Of a stretch of 64,000 bases of DNA, positions 51,309-60,365 are shown one piece after another. The notes under the pieces are model-generated. The model was given only the letters and a program-made list of their open reading frames with translations, did not search any database and was not told where the DNA came from. Within the stretch, counting starts at the first letter, position 1. Each line of letters begins with the position of its first letter. Both the position numbers and the translations under genes were made by a program. This DNA is from an uncultured Actinomycetes bacterium (GTDB lineage: Bacteria; Actinomycetota; Acidimicrobiia; IMCC26256; PALSA-610): positions 83,379 through 147,378 of the forward strand of contig CAWJBW010000006.1 in assembly GCA_963841215.1 (NCBI GenBank), read 5' to 3'.

Positions 51309-51692
51309 AAATCGCAGTTCGGGTCGCACTCGCGCTCATCGGATTGGTCATCGGCATCGGCATGGTGTTCGCGTTGCGCGAAGCGACACTGTCGACGCAT
51401 GAGCCAGTGCCGCGCGACTCGCGAATCGAGCTCGTCGTCGCCGCGCATACCAAAGGCGGAGAGACGAACCAGACCCTCGACGAGATGGTGGAGGCGCAAC
51501 TGCTCGCGTGCCGGCTCGAGGTCGACGTCTGATCTCGTCGGGGCCATCGAGCCCGTAGGGGACGACCGCTTCCGCGCGGTGTTGACGCCGTCAATGGACG
51601 AGACGAACCGCCGGCAGTTCCGAGGATGTGTCGAAGACTGGGTCATCGACGGCGTCCGACTCGACGTCATCCACTTTGCGGACACGACATGA
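51305..51692 (+). CDS. membrane-anchored small protein, coupled to the previous gene; frame break near 51525
   Basis: The ATG at 51305 overlaps the upstream stop (ATGA). N-terminal TM VALALIGLVIGIGMVFAL. The C-terminal part DLVGAIEPVGDDRFRAVLTPSMDETNRRQFRGCVEDWVIDGVRLDV is in ORF 51399..51692. Confidence 0.55.
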
Positions 51693-51715
51693 CATGAGCT
51701 GTTGTTGCAACGGGG

Positions 51716-52305
51716 TCAGCCGGCCGCGCGGGTGATCGAGCCGCGGGACAGCCCGGCGAAGCTGCGCATGTTGGCCAGCAAGATCTCCGGCTGCGGGTGC
51801 GGCACCAGATAGTGCGAATAGGCCAACCGCAGGAACAGCTCGGCGGCCTGCTCCCGCGTCAGGTGGCCCAGCCGTACCGCCGGCACCGCCTCGAACGCGC
51901 CACCGAGGAGCCGCACGAACGATGCCTTCTGCGGCGCCAACGAGCGGGCCAGCGACTGGATGGCGAAGCCCGGATCAGCACCGATCGGATCCGGTCCCAT
52001 CAAGCCGTCGAGATAGGTCACCAGGCACCGCAGCGCGGCGTCGAGGCGCCGCCCCGGACTGCGCTGCGCTTCGATCACCGCCCGCAGGCGGGCATCGAAG
52101 AGCTGCTCCTCGTAGGCCGAAAGCGCTTCGAGCAGCGCGTCCTTGGTCGGGAACCACCGGTAGAGCGTCGGCCGCGACACCCCCGCAGCCGCCGCGATCG
52201 CTGACATCGTGAACTTCCCCGGGCCGCGCTCGGCGATGACCCGGCGGGTGGCCTCCAGAATCGCGTCGACGCTCGTGGCGTTCCCCGACGCGGGCTGCTC
52301 TCCAT
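51716..52305 (-). CDS. TetR-family transcriptional regulator; frame break near 52280
   Basis: VDAILEATRRVIAERGPGKFTMSAIAAAAGVSRPTLYRWFPTKDALL HTH. The only plausible ATG (52305) is one frame off from the body. Confidence 0.8.
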
Positions 52306-52403
52306 GTCGACGACCTTACATACGACCCAAATGCTGTAAAGCGATGAACTGACGACCGAGCTCGGTCGCTCGGTGGTTGGTGGGATGTCACGGCGGCGGC
52401 TCG

Positions 52404-52420
52404 GCTAGCGGCCCGCTAGC
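52404..52420. promoter_or_regulatory. 17-bp perfect palindrome GCTAGCGG-C-CCGCTAGC; candidate operator between the TetR gene and the PD40 lipoprotein gene
   Basis: 8-bp inverted repeat around a single central base, in the divergent intergenic region. Confidence 0.4.
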
Positions 52421-52487
52421 AGCCGACCCTCATCGTGTCCTCCACGGCGTGCGGACGGAACACGCCCCCGGCTCGGAGGACTTCGCA

Positions 52488-55269
52488 GTGACGCACGCAG
52501 CCAGAGCACGGACGACCGCGATCGTTGCGGCCATTGCCGCGATGGCACTGCTCGGCGGGGGCTGTGCATCCATCAGCCGAGCCGCGCAGCGCTCCGTCGG
52601 CCTGCAGAGCGCGGGCAGCGTCCTGGAAGGGCCGTCACTGTCTCCCGACGGACGCTTCGTCGCCTTCATCACCGAGGCCGGCCTGGTATCCCGCGACACG
52701 AACGGATACGCGGACCACTACCTCCACGATCGCAACACCGGGGTCGCGGAACGCGTCAGCATCGGCGCGGCCGGCGCCGCGCCGAACGGCGTGTCGGGCG
52801 GCGGTGAACCCGACGTCTCGAACGACGGCCGCTTCGTCGCCTTCGGAAGCTCAGCGACCAACCTCGATCCCATCTGCCCCAATGCGGCGCCGGACGTCTA
52901 TGTGCGCGACCGGATTGCGGGCACGACCGAGTGCATCAGTGTCACCAGCGGCGAGGTCGAGGGCAATGGTCACAGCATCCGGCCCCGTATCAGTGGGAAC
53001 GGTCGGTTCGTCGTGTTCCAATCGTTCGCCACGAACCTGGTTCTCGGCGACACCAACTTCCCCGCCACGGACATCTTCGTGCGCGATCGGCAGAGCGGCA
53101 CGACCGAGCGCGTGAGCGTGAGTTCCACCGAGGCCCAATCGTCGGGCTCCTCGTCTCGGCCCGACATCTCGCGTGACGGACGCTACGTCGTCGTTCCTGT
53201 CGGACGGAGCCGATCTCACGTCGACCTGCGCCACGGCGACGGGCGACCAGGTCTACGTGCGCGATCGCCAGGCCGGTACGACCGAATGTGTGAGCCTCGA
53301 CCGGAACGGCGGTCCCTCGAACGGTGCATCCGAAGCTCCGGTGCTCAGCGCCCAAGGCGGTGAGGTCGCGTTCGCCTCCGCCGCGACGGACCTCGACCCC
53401 GCGTGCGCGAGCGCGATCGAGCTCCAGACGTACGTGCGCGATCTCGATACCGATACGACAACGTGTGTGAGCCTCGACGACGACGGTGGCGTGTCCGACG
53501 GCTACGCGAAGGACCCGGAGCTGAGCGGCGACGGCCGCTACGTCACGTTCCGATCCGACGGGAACCACATGGCACCCGGCTGTCCGATTGCTGGAGGGGC
53601 CAACCCGGATCAGACGCTCCGGCACGACCGGGACACCGGCGCCACGATCTGCATCAGCGTCGACACCGGCGGTTTGGCAGCGAACGGGAGCTCTACGAAC
53701 CGCGCCCCGATCACCGACAACGGCGCGACGGTCGCCTTCACGTCGCTTGCGGCCGACCTCGTCGCGGGCGACACCAACGGCGTGAGCGACGTGTTCGTGC
53801 GCGACGACTCGAGCGGCGTGACGACACGCGTGAGCAACGTCTCGGTGCAGCCCGACGCCGAAACCCAGAGCCCGGTGCTGTCGACCGATGGGCGATACCT
53901 CGTCTTTGCGTCCAGCGCGACCAACCTCGTGCCCGGCGACACGAACGGTGTGGGCGACGTGTTCCGCAAGGACCAGCTCACGGGCGAGATCGTGCGCGTC
54001 AGCGTCGGCCCGGCGAGCGCGCAGGCGGACGCCGGGAGCCGGCTCCCATCGGTGAGCGGCCAAGGTCGCTACATCGCCTTCGAATCCGACGCGACGAACC
54101 TGGTGCCGGCCGACACCAACGGCGTCGCCGACGTGTTCGTGCGAGACGTGCAACTCGGCATCACGGTGCGGGCGAGCATGATGGCCAGCATCGGTGCGCT
54201 CCTCGTCGAGGGCAACCTCCGGAGTGGCGCGCCCGACATCAGCGCTGACGGCCGCTACGTCGCGTTCGAGTCGGACGCGACCAACACCCCGAACGCGTGT
54301 CAGTTGCCTGGCTCTGACGTCTTCGTACGCGACCTCCTCGGCGGCACCACTTGCCCACACGCTTTGGGGGCTTGGGACACCGAGAATCCGTCGATATCCG
54401 GTGCGGGACGGTACGTCGCGCTCGAGGTAGTACTGGGCCCGTGCCCGACACCCTTCGAGGTGGCGGTATGGGACAGCCAAACCGGTGCGGTGTCGTGCTT
54501 CGGAAGCGGCCACGACCCCGATATCTCGGAGAACGGCACCCACGTTGCGTTCACCTCGCACAGCACGACCCTCGACCCCCGGTGTGCGAACGGTTTCGAC
54601 CATGTCTTCCTGATCGAGATCGCGACGGCGGCGGCCGAGTGCATCAGCGTCGACCCGAGCGGCGCGGCCGCCACCGACGTCAGCGACAGCGCGAGCGTCA
54701 GTGCCGACGCCTCGCACGTCGCGTTCCGGACGATGGCAACCAACCTCGATCCCGATGCCACCGATTTCAACGACGCCGGCGACGTCATGGTCCGCGACCG
54801 CGACACCGACCGGACCTTCCGGCTCAGCACCGACCTGTTCTTCGCACCGGCGAACGGCCCGTCGGACGGCGTGGCGATCAGTCCCGATGATTCGCTGGCC
54901 GCGTTCGGCTCGGATGCGACGAATCTCGCCGACGGCGACACGCTCGGCGTCCGTGACGTGTTCCTCCGCTCGACCCGCCGGGTGGAAGCGTCGACCGGTG
55001 CGCCGCTCCAGCTCGCTCGCGGCGCCACCGTGACGCGAAACCTGAACGGGCACGGGTTCCGAGCCGACACCGCGGTCACGGTGGAGGGGACCGGAGACGT
55101 GACTGTCGACGCCGTGACCTTCGTGTCGCCGACGCGGCTCCGGCTCACGCTCACCGCGACGCTCTCGGCGAGCACTGGACGCCGCGCGCTCACGGTCATC
55201 AACTACGGGCCGGCGTGGAACCCGAACCTCGGCGCCCTGGACATCTGCGACTGCCTCGACGTGACCTGA
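52488..55269 (+). CDS. large lipoprotein with many TolB/PD40-like beta-propeller repeats; frame break near 53190
   Basis: GGAGGA lies 7 nt before the GTG at 52488. Lipobox AAMALLGGGC. There are more than 12 repeats of the pattern S.DGRYVAF.S.ATNLV.GDTNG..DVFVRD. Confidence 0.8.
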
Positions 55270-55402
55270 TCCGTACGCAGGCAAGACCTGGTAGCGCCGA
55301 CGACTGAACGAATGTCAGGGCAATCGACGGGGTGCGTTGTTCCTCGTGGGACCATGGCGCCTCGCGCTCGCGAGCCGCGCGCACGGCGGAGGAGGAAGCC
55401 AG

Positions 55403-55714
55403 ATGGCGTTCGGAATCGTCCATACGTTCCCCGGTGGGACCAAAGAGCAGTACGAGACGGTGCTGCGAGCCGTTCACACCGACGAGAAGCTGCCGGAGGG
55501 GCAGGTCTTCCATTGCGCCGGTCCGGTGGATGGCGGATGGCGGGTCTTCGCGGTCCACGACTCCCGGCAGAGCTGGGAGAAGTTCCGCGACGGCGTCCTC
55601 ATGCCCGCGCTCCAGGCGGGGATCGAGGATGGCTTCCCGAACCCGCCCGAGGAAACCGAAATCGAGCTCGACAACGTCCGCTGCACGCCGCAACTCATGG
55701 AGATCGCCCAATGA
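55403..55714 (+). CDS. small hypothetical protein (103 aa)
   Basis: GGAGGAGG precedes the ATG at 55403. Normal composition (MAFGIVHTFPGGTKEQYETVLRAV). The fold assignment is uncertain. Confidence 0.6.
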   Translation: MAFGIVHTFPGGTKEQYETVLRAVHTDEKLPEGQVFHCAGPVDGGWRVFAVHDSRQSWEKFRDGVLMPALQAGIEDGFPNPPEETEIELDNVRCTPQLMEIAQ

Positions 55715-55971
55715 GCACGTTGCTGATCTTCCACGAGGTGGACGACGTCGATCGTTGGCTCGCGGCCACGACGCGAGAGGACTTCTTCGGGCCGCTCGGC
55801 ATCACGGTTCGGACCTTCGTCGATCCCGAACGATCGAACCGCGTCGGGCTGATTGCCGAGATTCCGAGCATGGAAGTCTTTCAGCAGGCGATGGCGACGC
55901 CGGAGGCGGCCGAGGCGATGAAGAACGACGGCGTGCGCCCCGAGACGCTGTTGGTGCTCACCGAGAGCTGA
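55711..55971 (+). CDS. small hypothetical protein (86 aa), translationally coupled to the previous gene
   Basis: The ATG at 55711 overlaps the upstream stop (ATGA). Normal composition (MSTLLIFHEVDDVDRWLAATTREDFFGPLG). Confidence 0.55.
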   Translation: MSTLLIFHEVDDVDRWLAATTREDFFGPLGITVRTFVDPERSNRVGLIAEIPSMEVFQQAMATPEAAEAMKNDGVRPETLLVLTES

Positions 55972-55982
55972 GGCGGGCGGAC

Positions 55983-56030
55983 GAACTGGCGCGAACGGGA
56001 ACTGGCGCGAACGGGAACTGGCGCCAACGG
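55983..56030. repeat. tandem repeat, 3 x 16 nt (GAACTGGCGCGAACGG), followed by the hairpin CCAACGG-GGAG-CCGTTGG
   Basis: Copies at 55983, 55999 and 56015; the last has one change, CGCG to CGCC. The hairpin at 56024-56041 overlaps the last copy. Intergenic, upstream of the USP gene. Confidence 0.85.
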
Positions 56031-56054
56031 GGAGCCGTTGGGAGAATCGCGAGC

Positions 56055-56522
56055 ATGTACACGTCGATCGTGGTCGGTACGGATGGCTCGGAAACTGCGA
56101 GCATCGCGGTGCAACGAGCCGACGGAGCTCGCGCAGCTCACGGGCGCAACGCTGCACATCGTGTACGCCTATCAGGCGCTGAGTCCGGTACTCACCTCGC
56201 CGGCGCCGACACACCCACGATCAACCTGAAGCAAGTGAACGAGGACATCGCGGTCGCGGCGCGAGACGTCTGCAGCGACGCGGCCAGGTCGGCCAAAGAT
56301 TTGGACGTTGCCGTCGAAACGCATACGCGCCCCGGGGATCCGGCCGATGCACTGATCGCTGCGGCCAAGGATCTGGACGCCGACCTCGTGGTGGTCGGTA
56401 GCCGGGGGATGTCCGGGGTGCGACGCTTCGTCCTCGGCAGCGTGCCCAACAAGGTGTCGCACCACTGTCCGTGCAGCCTGCTCATCGTCGACACCAGCGC
56501 GCCGGCCGAAGCGGGGTCTTGA
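56055..56522 (+). CDS. universal stress protein (UspA family); two frame breaks near 56120 and 56200
   Basis: MYTSIVVGTDGSETA, then ELAQLTGATLHIVYAY in another frame, then VVGSRGMSGVRRFVLGSVPNKVSHHCPCSLLIV. Confidence 0.8.
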   Translation: MYTSIVVGTDGSETASIAVQRADGARAAHGRNAAHRVRLSGAESGTHLAGADTPTINLKQVNEDIAVAARDVCSDAARSAKDLDVAVETHTRPGDPADALIAAAKDLDADLVVVGSRGMSGVRRFVLGSVPNKVSHHCPCSLLIVDTSAPAEAGS

Positions 56523-56555
56523 CGGTCAACACGGCCGCGATGGCAACGTAGAGCG

Positions 56556-57212
56556 ATGGAAGACACGCAGAAGCTCACGTCACCGCAGGTCAGCGAGAGC
56601 GAGGGGCTGGACGACTGGCGAGTGCTGCTGCACACGCTGCAGGCGTCGTTCAGCACGGGCTCGATGGCGAAGGGCGTCGAGCTCGCGGCGCGCATCGGTG
56701 CGGCGGCCGACGCCGCGAACCACCATCCCGACCTGACGATCACCTATCCGCGCGTGCACGTCCTGCTCACAACCCACGACGCCGGCGGCCTCACCACGCG
56801 CGATGTCGACCTGGCCCGCACGATCTCGGCGATCGCGAGCGAGCTCGGCATCACCGCCGAACCGACTGCCGTCACCCAACTCGAGATCGCGATCGACGCG
56901 CTCGACATCCCCGCCGTCAAACCGTTCTGGGAGGCGGTGCTCGGCTACGACGCCCGACGGCGACGACGCCAGCGTCGACTCCTACGGCCGCGCCCCGCGT
57001 TCTGGTTCCAACAGATGGATGCCCCGCGCCCGCAACGCAACCGCATCCACGTCGACGTCACGGTTCCGCACGATGTCGCGACGCAGCGGATCGCGGCCGC
57101 GCTGGCGGCGGGCGGCACGCTCCTCTCCGACGCACGCGCCCCTGCGTTCTGGGTGCTCGCCGATCCCGAGGGCAACGAGGCCTGCATCTGCACCTGGCAA
57201 GCACGCGACTGA
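56556..57212 (+). CDS. pterin-4a-carbinolamine dehydratase-like domain fused to a VOC-like domain
   Basis: AANHHPDLTITYPRVHVLLTTHDAGGLTTRDVDLA (PCD) followed by KPFWEAVLGY...RIHVDVTV...WVLADPEGNEACI. A 14-codon Arg-rich stretch at 56952-56993 is out of frame relative to the paralogue at 58985. Confidence 0.8.
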   Translation: MEDTQKLTSPQVSESEGLDDWRVLLHTLQASFSTGSMAKGVELAARIGAAADAANHHPDLTITYPRVHVLLTTHDAGGLTTRDVDLARTISAIASELGITAEPTAVTQLEIAIDALDIPAVKPFWEAVLGYDARRRRRQRRLLRPRPAFWFQQMDAPRPQRNRIHVDVTVPHDVATQRIAAALAAGGTLLSDARAPAFWVLADPEGNEACICTWQARD

Positions 57213-57228
57213 ACGCGCGCCGAGGTGG
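56837..57228. repeat. segmental duplication, copy A (3' half of the PCD-VOC gene plus downstream sequence)
   Basis: Aligns by eye with 58906-59300, with roughly 15 substitutions and three small indels. Confidence 0.85.
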
Positions 57229-57240
57229 AGCGCGCCGGGC

Positions 57241-57624
57241 TCAGGTCGCGGTTTGCCACAGACCGAGGGTGTTGCCCTCCGTGTCGGTGAAGTAGGCCGC
57301 GAAGCCCATGTCACCGACCGGTTCCTTGGGCGACACCACGGATCCGCCGTGCTGCTCGACGACCTTCAGCATGGCATCGATGTCGTCGACGGCCATGACG
57401 ACCGTCGGGTTCTTGAACGTGCCCTCCCGCTTGGCCATGCCGCCGCCGATGTAGCCGGGCTCCGACGGCATCCCGTCGTCACCCGCCGGGCCGGTCGAGA
57501 CTCCCGTGTACTCGAGCTCGGGCATCGAGTCCAGCGACCATTCGAAGACCCGGGTGTAGAAGTCCCGGGCGCGGTCGCCGTCATCGAACGGGATCTCGAA
57601 GTGCACGACTCGAGCCGAAGCCAT
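57241..57624 (-). CDS. VOC (glyoxalase) family protein
   Basis: AGGAGG precedes the ATG at 57624. VVHFEIPFDD...FYTRVFEW...FTDTEGNTLGLWQ. Intact. Lies inside an insertion relative to duplication copy B. Confidence 0.85.
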   Translation of the reverse strand: MASARVVHFEIPFDDGDRARDFYTRVFEWSLDSMPELEYTGVSTGPAGDDGMPSEPGYIGGGMAKREGTFKNPTVVMAVDDIDAMLKVVEQHGGSVVSPKEPVGDMGFAAYFTDTEGNTLGLWQTAT

Positions 57625-57690
57625 GGGTCCTCCTGATGTCTGGTTCGTCGACCCGACGACGGTATCCGAAGGAGTCGGGCAGGCGATCGG

Positions 57691-57779
57691 GTGCGGCGGA
57701 CCTGTGCAATCGCCACCAACAGTCTGTGCCGCTGATCAGGTGTGCCGGCCGAAGTAGGCGAGGAACGCGGTCTGCTCGG
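57691..57779 (-). pseudogene. remnant of the 3' end of a TIGR03086/DinB-like gene plus its downstream spacer (paralogous to 59301-59383)
   Basis: The reverse complement of 57736-57779 encodes EQTAFLAYFGRHT-stop. The intact gene at 59341 ends EQTAFLAYFGRRA-stop. No upstream coding continuation is present. Confidence 0.5.
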
Positions 57780-57839
57780 AGCCCGAGCATGTTTGGACAC
57801 GGCGTGGCGGGAACGGCCACTGGAGGTCGAAACACCGGG

Positions 57840-58310
57840 TTATGTCGGGGCGAGTGTGCGCGTGGTTGCTCTTCGTTCAACGGCCGACAGCAGGCGTCGC
57901 ACGGCCAGCACGTGGCCGCCCGTACCGACGACGAGCAACCGATACATACGGCCGGCCGGACCCGGAAAGGCGGCCCGACTCTCGGCGCGAAGCCGTGATC
58001 GGTCGGCGCCGATCGGTTCGAGACGGAAGATCAGGGCGTAGGACGAGAAGCGATGGCGTCCCTCGAGCACCAACTCGGAGCCCGCGACGGCAGCCGCGAC
58101 ACGAAAGCCCGGAACCGTCGAACCTTCGGCGAGCGGCCGCGGCCCGGATGCACTGGCGTCAGCGCATCCGACCGCTCGGGCGTATCCGGCGGCCGCCCGC
58201 CTGGAGAAGGTGTGGTCGAGCGTCTCGAGCAGCGCCGTCCAGACATCGTCGACACCGGCCGCGATCGTCGTCAGGTGCTCGTCGAGGCGAGGCAGTTGGT
58301 CGATCGGCAC
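57840..58310 (-). CDS. SRPBCC-like (polyketide cyclase/START-fold) hypothetical protein
   Basis: Intact 156-aa ORF with normal composition. The family call is tentative. Confidence 0.6.
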   Translation of the reverse strand: MPIDQLPRLDEHLTTIAAGVDDVWTALLETLDHTFSRRAAAGYARAVGCADASASGPRPLAEGSTVPGFRVAAAVAGSELVLEGRHRFSSYALIFRLEPIGADRSRLRAESRAAFPGPAGRMYRLLVVGTGGHVLAVRRLLSAVERRATTRTLAPT

Positions 58311-58316
58311 GACTCG

Positions 58317-58877
58317 TCAGCCCGCGCGCCCGGTGGCGGCCCAACCGAATTCGTTCGTCCGCACTTCGACATCTGTGAACCCACTGCGCTCGAGCCGCGC
58401 ACTGACGCCGGCCGGATCGATGGGCTGATACGTGTCGCCTTCGTGGAACTCGCACAGGTCGTCGGAGTGGAGACTGTCGGATGCGACAAACAGACCACCC
58501 GGTTGCACGACCCGCGCGACCTCCGCGAAGAGCCGGTCTTGGAGTTCTGAGGACGGAACGTGGTGCAACATCGCGAAGCAGGTCGCGCCGCTGAAGGTGC
58601 TGTCCGCGAACTTCAACGCCGTGGCGTCGCCCTCGACGATGGTGACGTTCGTGCCCACGAGTCGTTCCTTCAGCGCGGTCGCCAGACCGGGGTCGATCTC
58701 GACGGCGGTCAGGTGCGCGACGTGCTCGCGGAATACATCAGTCGTCGCGCCGTAGCCCGGCCCGACCTCGAGCACGTCGTCACCGAGGTCGCCGTCACCG
58801 AGCGCCCACGGAATGATGAAGTCGCGCACCGCGGCCCGCCACTCTTCGCTGCCGCACACCTCGTGATTCCGGTTCAT
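58317..58877 (-). CDS. class I SAM-dependent methyltransferase
   Basis: VLEVGPGYGATT (motif I), TAVEIDP, GATCFAMLHHV, VVQPGGLFV. Intact. Confidence 0.85.
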   Translation of the reverse strand: MNRNHEVCGSEEWRAAVRDFIIPWALGDGDLGDDVLEVGPGYGATTDVFREHVAHLTAVEIDPGLATALKERLVGTNVTIVEGDATALKFADSTFSGATCFAMLHHVPSSELQDRLFAEVARVVQPGGLFVASDSLHSDDLCEFHEGDTYQPIDPAGVSARLERSGFTDVEVRTNEFGWAATGRAG

Positions 58878-58905
58878 CGCGACAACGCTACGGCGAGCCG
58901 AGCCC

Positions 58906-59383
58906 GAGCGAGCTCTGCATCACCGCCGAACCGACCGCCGTCACCCAACTCGAGATCGCGATCGACGCGCTCGACATCCCGGCCGTGAAACCGTTCTGGG
59001 AGGCGGTGCTCGGCTATGACCCCGAGGGCGACGATGCCAGCGTCGACTCCTACGGCCGCGCTCCCGCGTTCTGGTTCCAACCGATGGATGCCCCGCGCCC
59101 GCAACGCAACCGCATCCACGTCGACGTCACGGTTCCGCACGATGCCGCGACGCAACGGATCGCGGCCGCGCTGGCGGCGGGCGGCACACTCGTCTCCGAC
59201 GCACGTGCCCCTGCTTTCTGGGTGCTCGCCGATCCCGAGGGCAACGAGGCCTGCATCTGCACCTGGCAAGCACGCGACTGAACGCGGCGCGCCGAGGTGG
59301 GTGCGGCGGACCTTGCATCGGCACCACGGTGTACGCCGGATCAGGCGCGCCGGCCGAAGTAGGCGAGGAACGCGGTCTGCTCG
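58906..59383. repeat. segmental duplication, copy B (contiguous version)
   Basis: 58906-59300 matches 56837-57228, and 59301-59383 matches 57691-57779. Copy A therefore carries a ~460-nt insert (57229-57690) holding the VOC gene. Confidence 0.85.
58985..59281 (+). CDS. stand-alone VOC-like domain protein (98 aa): truncated paralogue of the PCD-VOC gene lacking the PCD half
   Basis: The GTG at 58985 gives MKPFWEAVLGYDPEGDDASVDSYGRAPAFWFQP...ACICTWQARD, in frame throughout. Homology to the full gene extends 79 nt further upstream without a start codon. Expression is unknown. Confidence 0.5.
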   Translation: MKPFWEAVLGYDPEGDDASVDSYGRAPAFWFQPMDAPRPQRNRIHVDVTVPHDAATQRIAAALAAGGTLVSDARAPAFWVLADPEGNEACICTWQARD

Positions 59384-59889
59384 TCCGCGTCGGGTGGCGC
59401 CTCGAGCTCGGGTCCGATCGCGCCGGGGCCCCGCATCCGGTCGCTGAGATCGGCCATGGCGTCGCGCACGTGGGCCATGTCGGCCGGGTCGAGCCGCACG
59501 TCCTGACCGGTGGCGCGTGCGAGATCCCAGCGGTGCACCAGCAGATCGGTGCAGAGGAACTGGTCGACGCCTCCCTCGAAGGTGGACGGGCCGGTGAACC
59601 CTTCGTACGTCTCGGACGCACGCGCCGGGTCGTCGAGCGCGGCCTGGGTCTGATTGCGCGCGTCGTCCCACGCCTCGGCGGGGTCATCGTCGACCGACAC
59701 GCTCTCATCGAGCTCGCGCCCGACGAAGCCGGCGAACATGGCCTGCGTGCCCACGACGTGCCGGACGACGTCGCGTGCATTCCAATCCTCGCACGGTGAC
59801 GGATCGTCCCATCGTGCATCAGGAACCGCCGCGATCGTTTCGGCGAACTGCTGGGAGAGGCGTCGGTACCGGTCGGCGATGTCACTCAT
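59341..59889 (-). CDS. TIGR03086-type mycothiol-dependent / DinB-like protein
   Basis: MSDIADRYRRLSQQFAETIAAVPDARWDDPSPCEDWNARDVVRHVV is typical of the family. Intact. I prefer the start at 59889 over 59913. Confidence 0.8.
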   Translation of the reverse strand: MSDIADRYRRLSQQFAETIAAVPDARWDDPSPCEDWNARDVVRHVVGTQAMFAGFVGRELDESVSVDDDPAEAWDDARNQTQAALDDPARASETYEGFTGPSTFEGGVDQFLCTDLLVHRWDLARATGQDVRLDPADMAHVRDAMADLSDRMRGPGAIGPELEAPPDADEQTAFLAYFGRRA

Positions 59890-59934
59890 GACGCGAGTCT
59901 GCCGCGTGCACACGGCCTCGGAAACAGCGGTCTC

Positions 59935-60337
59935 TCAGGCGCCGGCAACGGTGAAGCCGAGCGCGCGCGCGGCTTGCGCCTGCCGGGCGTCGAAGGTGAC
60001 GAAGATCAACGTGGTGCCGAGCCGGCGGGCCGCACCCAGGTGGAGCGCGTCGAGGGAGCGGACGCCGGTCTGCTCGGCGACTGTGGCCGCCAGCTCGCAC
60101 GTGTCCGCGTCGAGCTCGATGATCGCGAACGCGTCCAGGTCGGTGGCAAAGGAGCGCGCGCGCTTCGGTGGCGTCGGTGGGTGACAGGAGCCGGGAGAGG
60201 TTGCGCCGAACCTCGACGACCGTGTGCCGCGCGGTGACCAACTGCGGGTCGCCGGCGAGGAGCTCCACCGCTCGCTCGGAATCGGGCTCGTCGACGTAGC
60301 GCTTCAGCAACGCGCTCGAGTCGGCGTAGGTCGTCAT
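59935..60337 (-). CDS. vapC: PIN-domain toxin (VapC-like); frame break near 60150
   Basis: MTTYADSSALLKRYVDEPDSE continues after a frame change as FATDLDAFAIIELDADTCELAATVAEQTGVRSLDALHLGAARRLGTTLIFVTFDARQAQAARALGFTV-stop (TGA at 59937-59935). Confidence 0.8.
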
Positions 60338-60365
60338 TCGGTCACCTGGTTACCGAGTCACGCGG

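Noticed and set aside
55983-56030. Tandem 16-nt repeats considered as a mini CRISPR array.
   Set aside because: The repeats are head-to-tail with no spacers, there are only three copies, and no cas genes are present.
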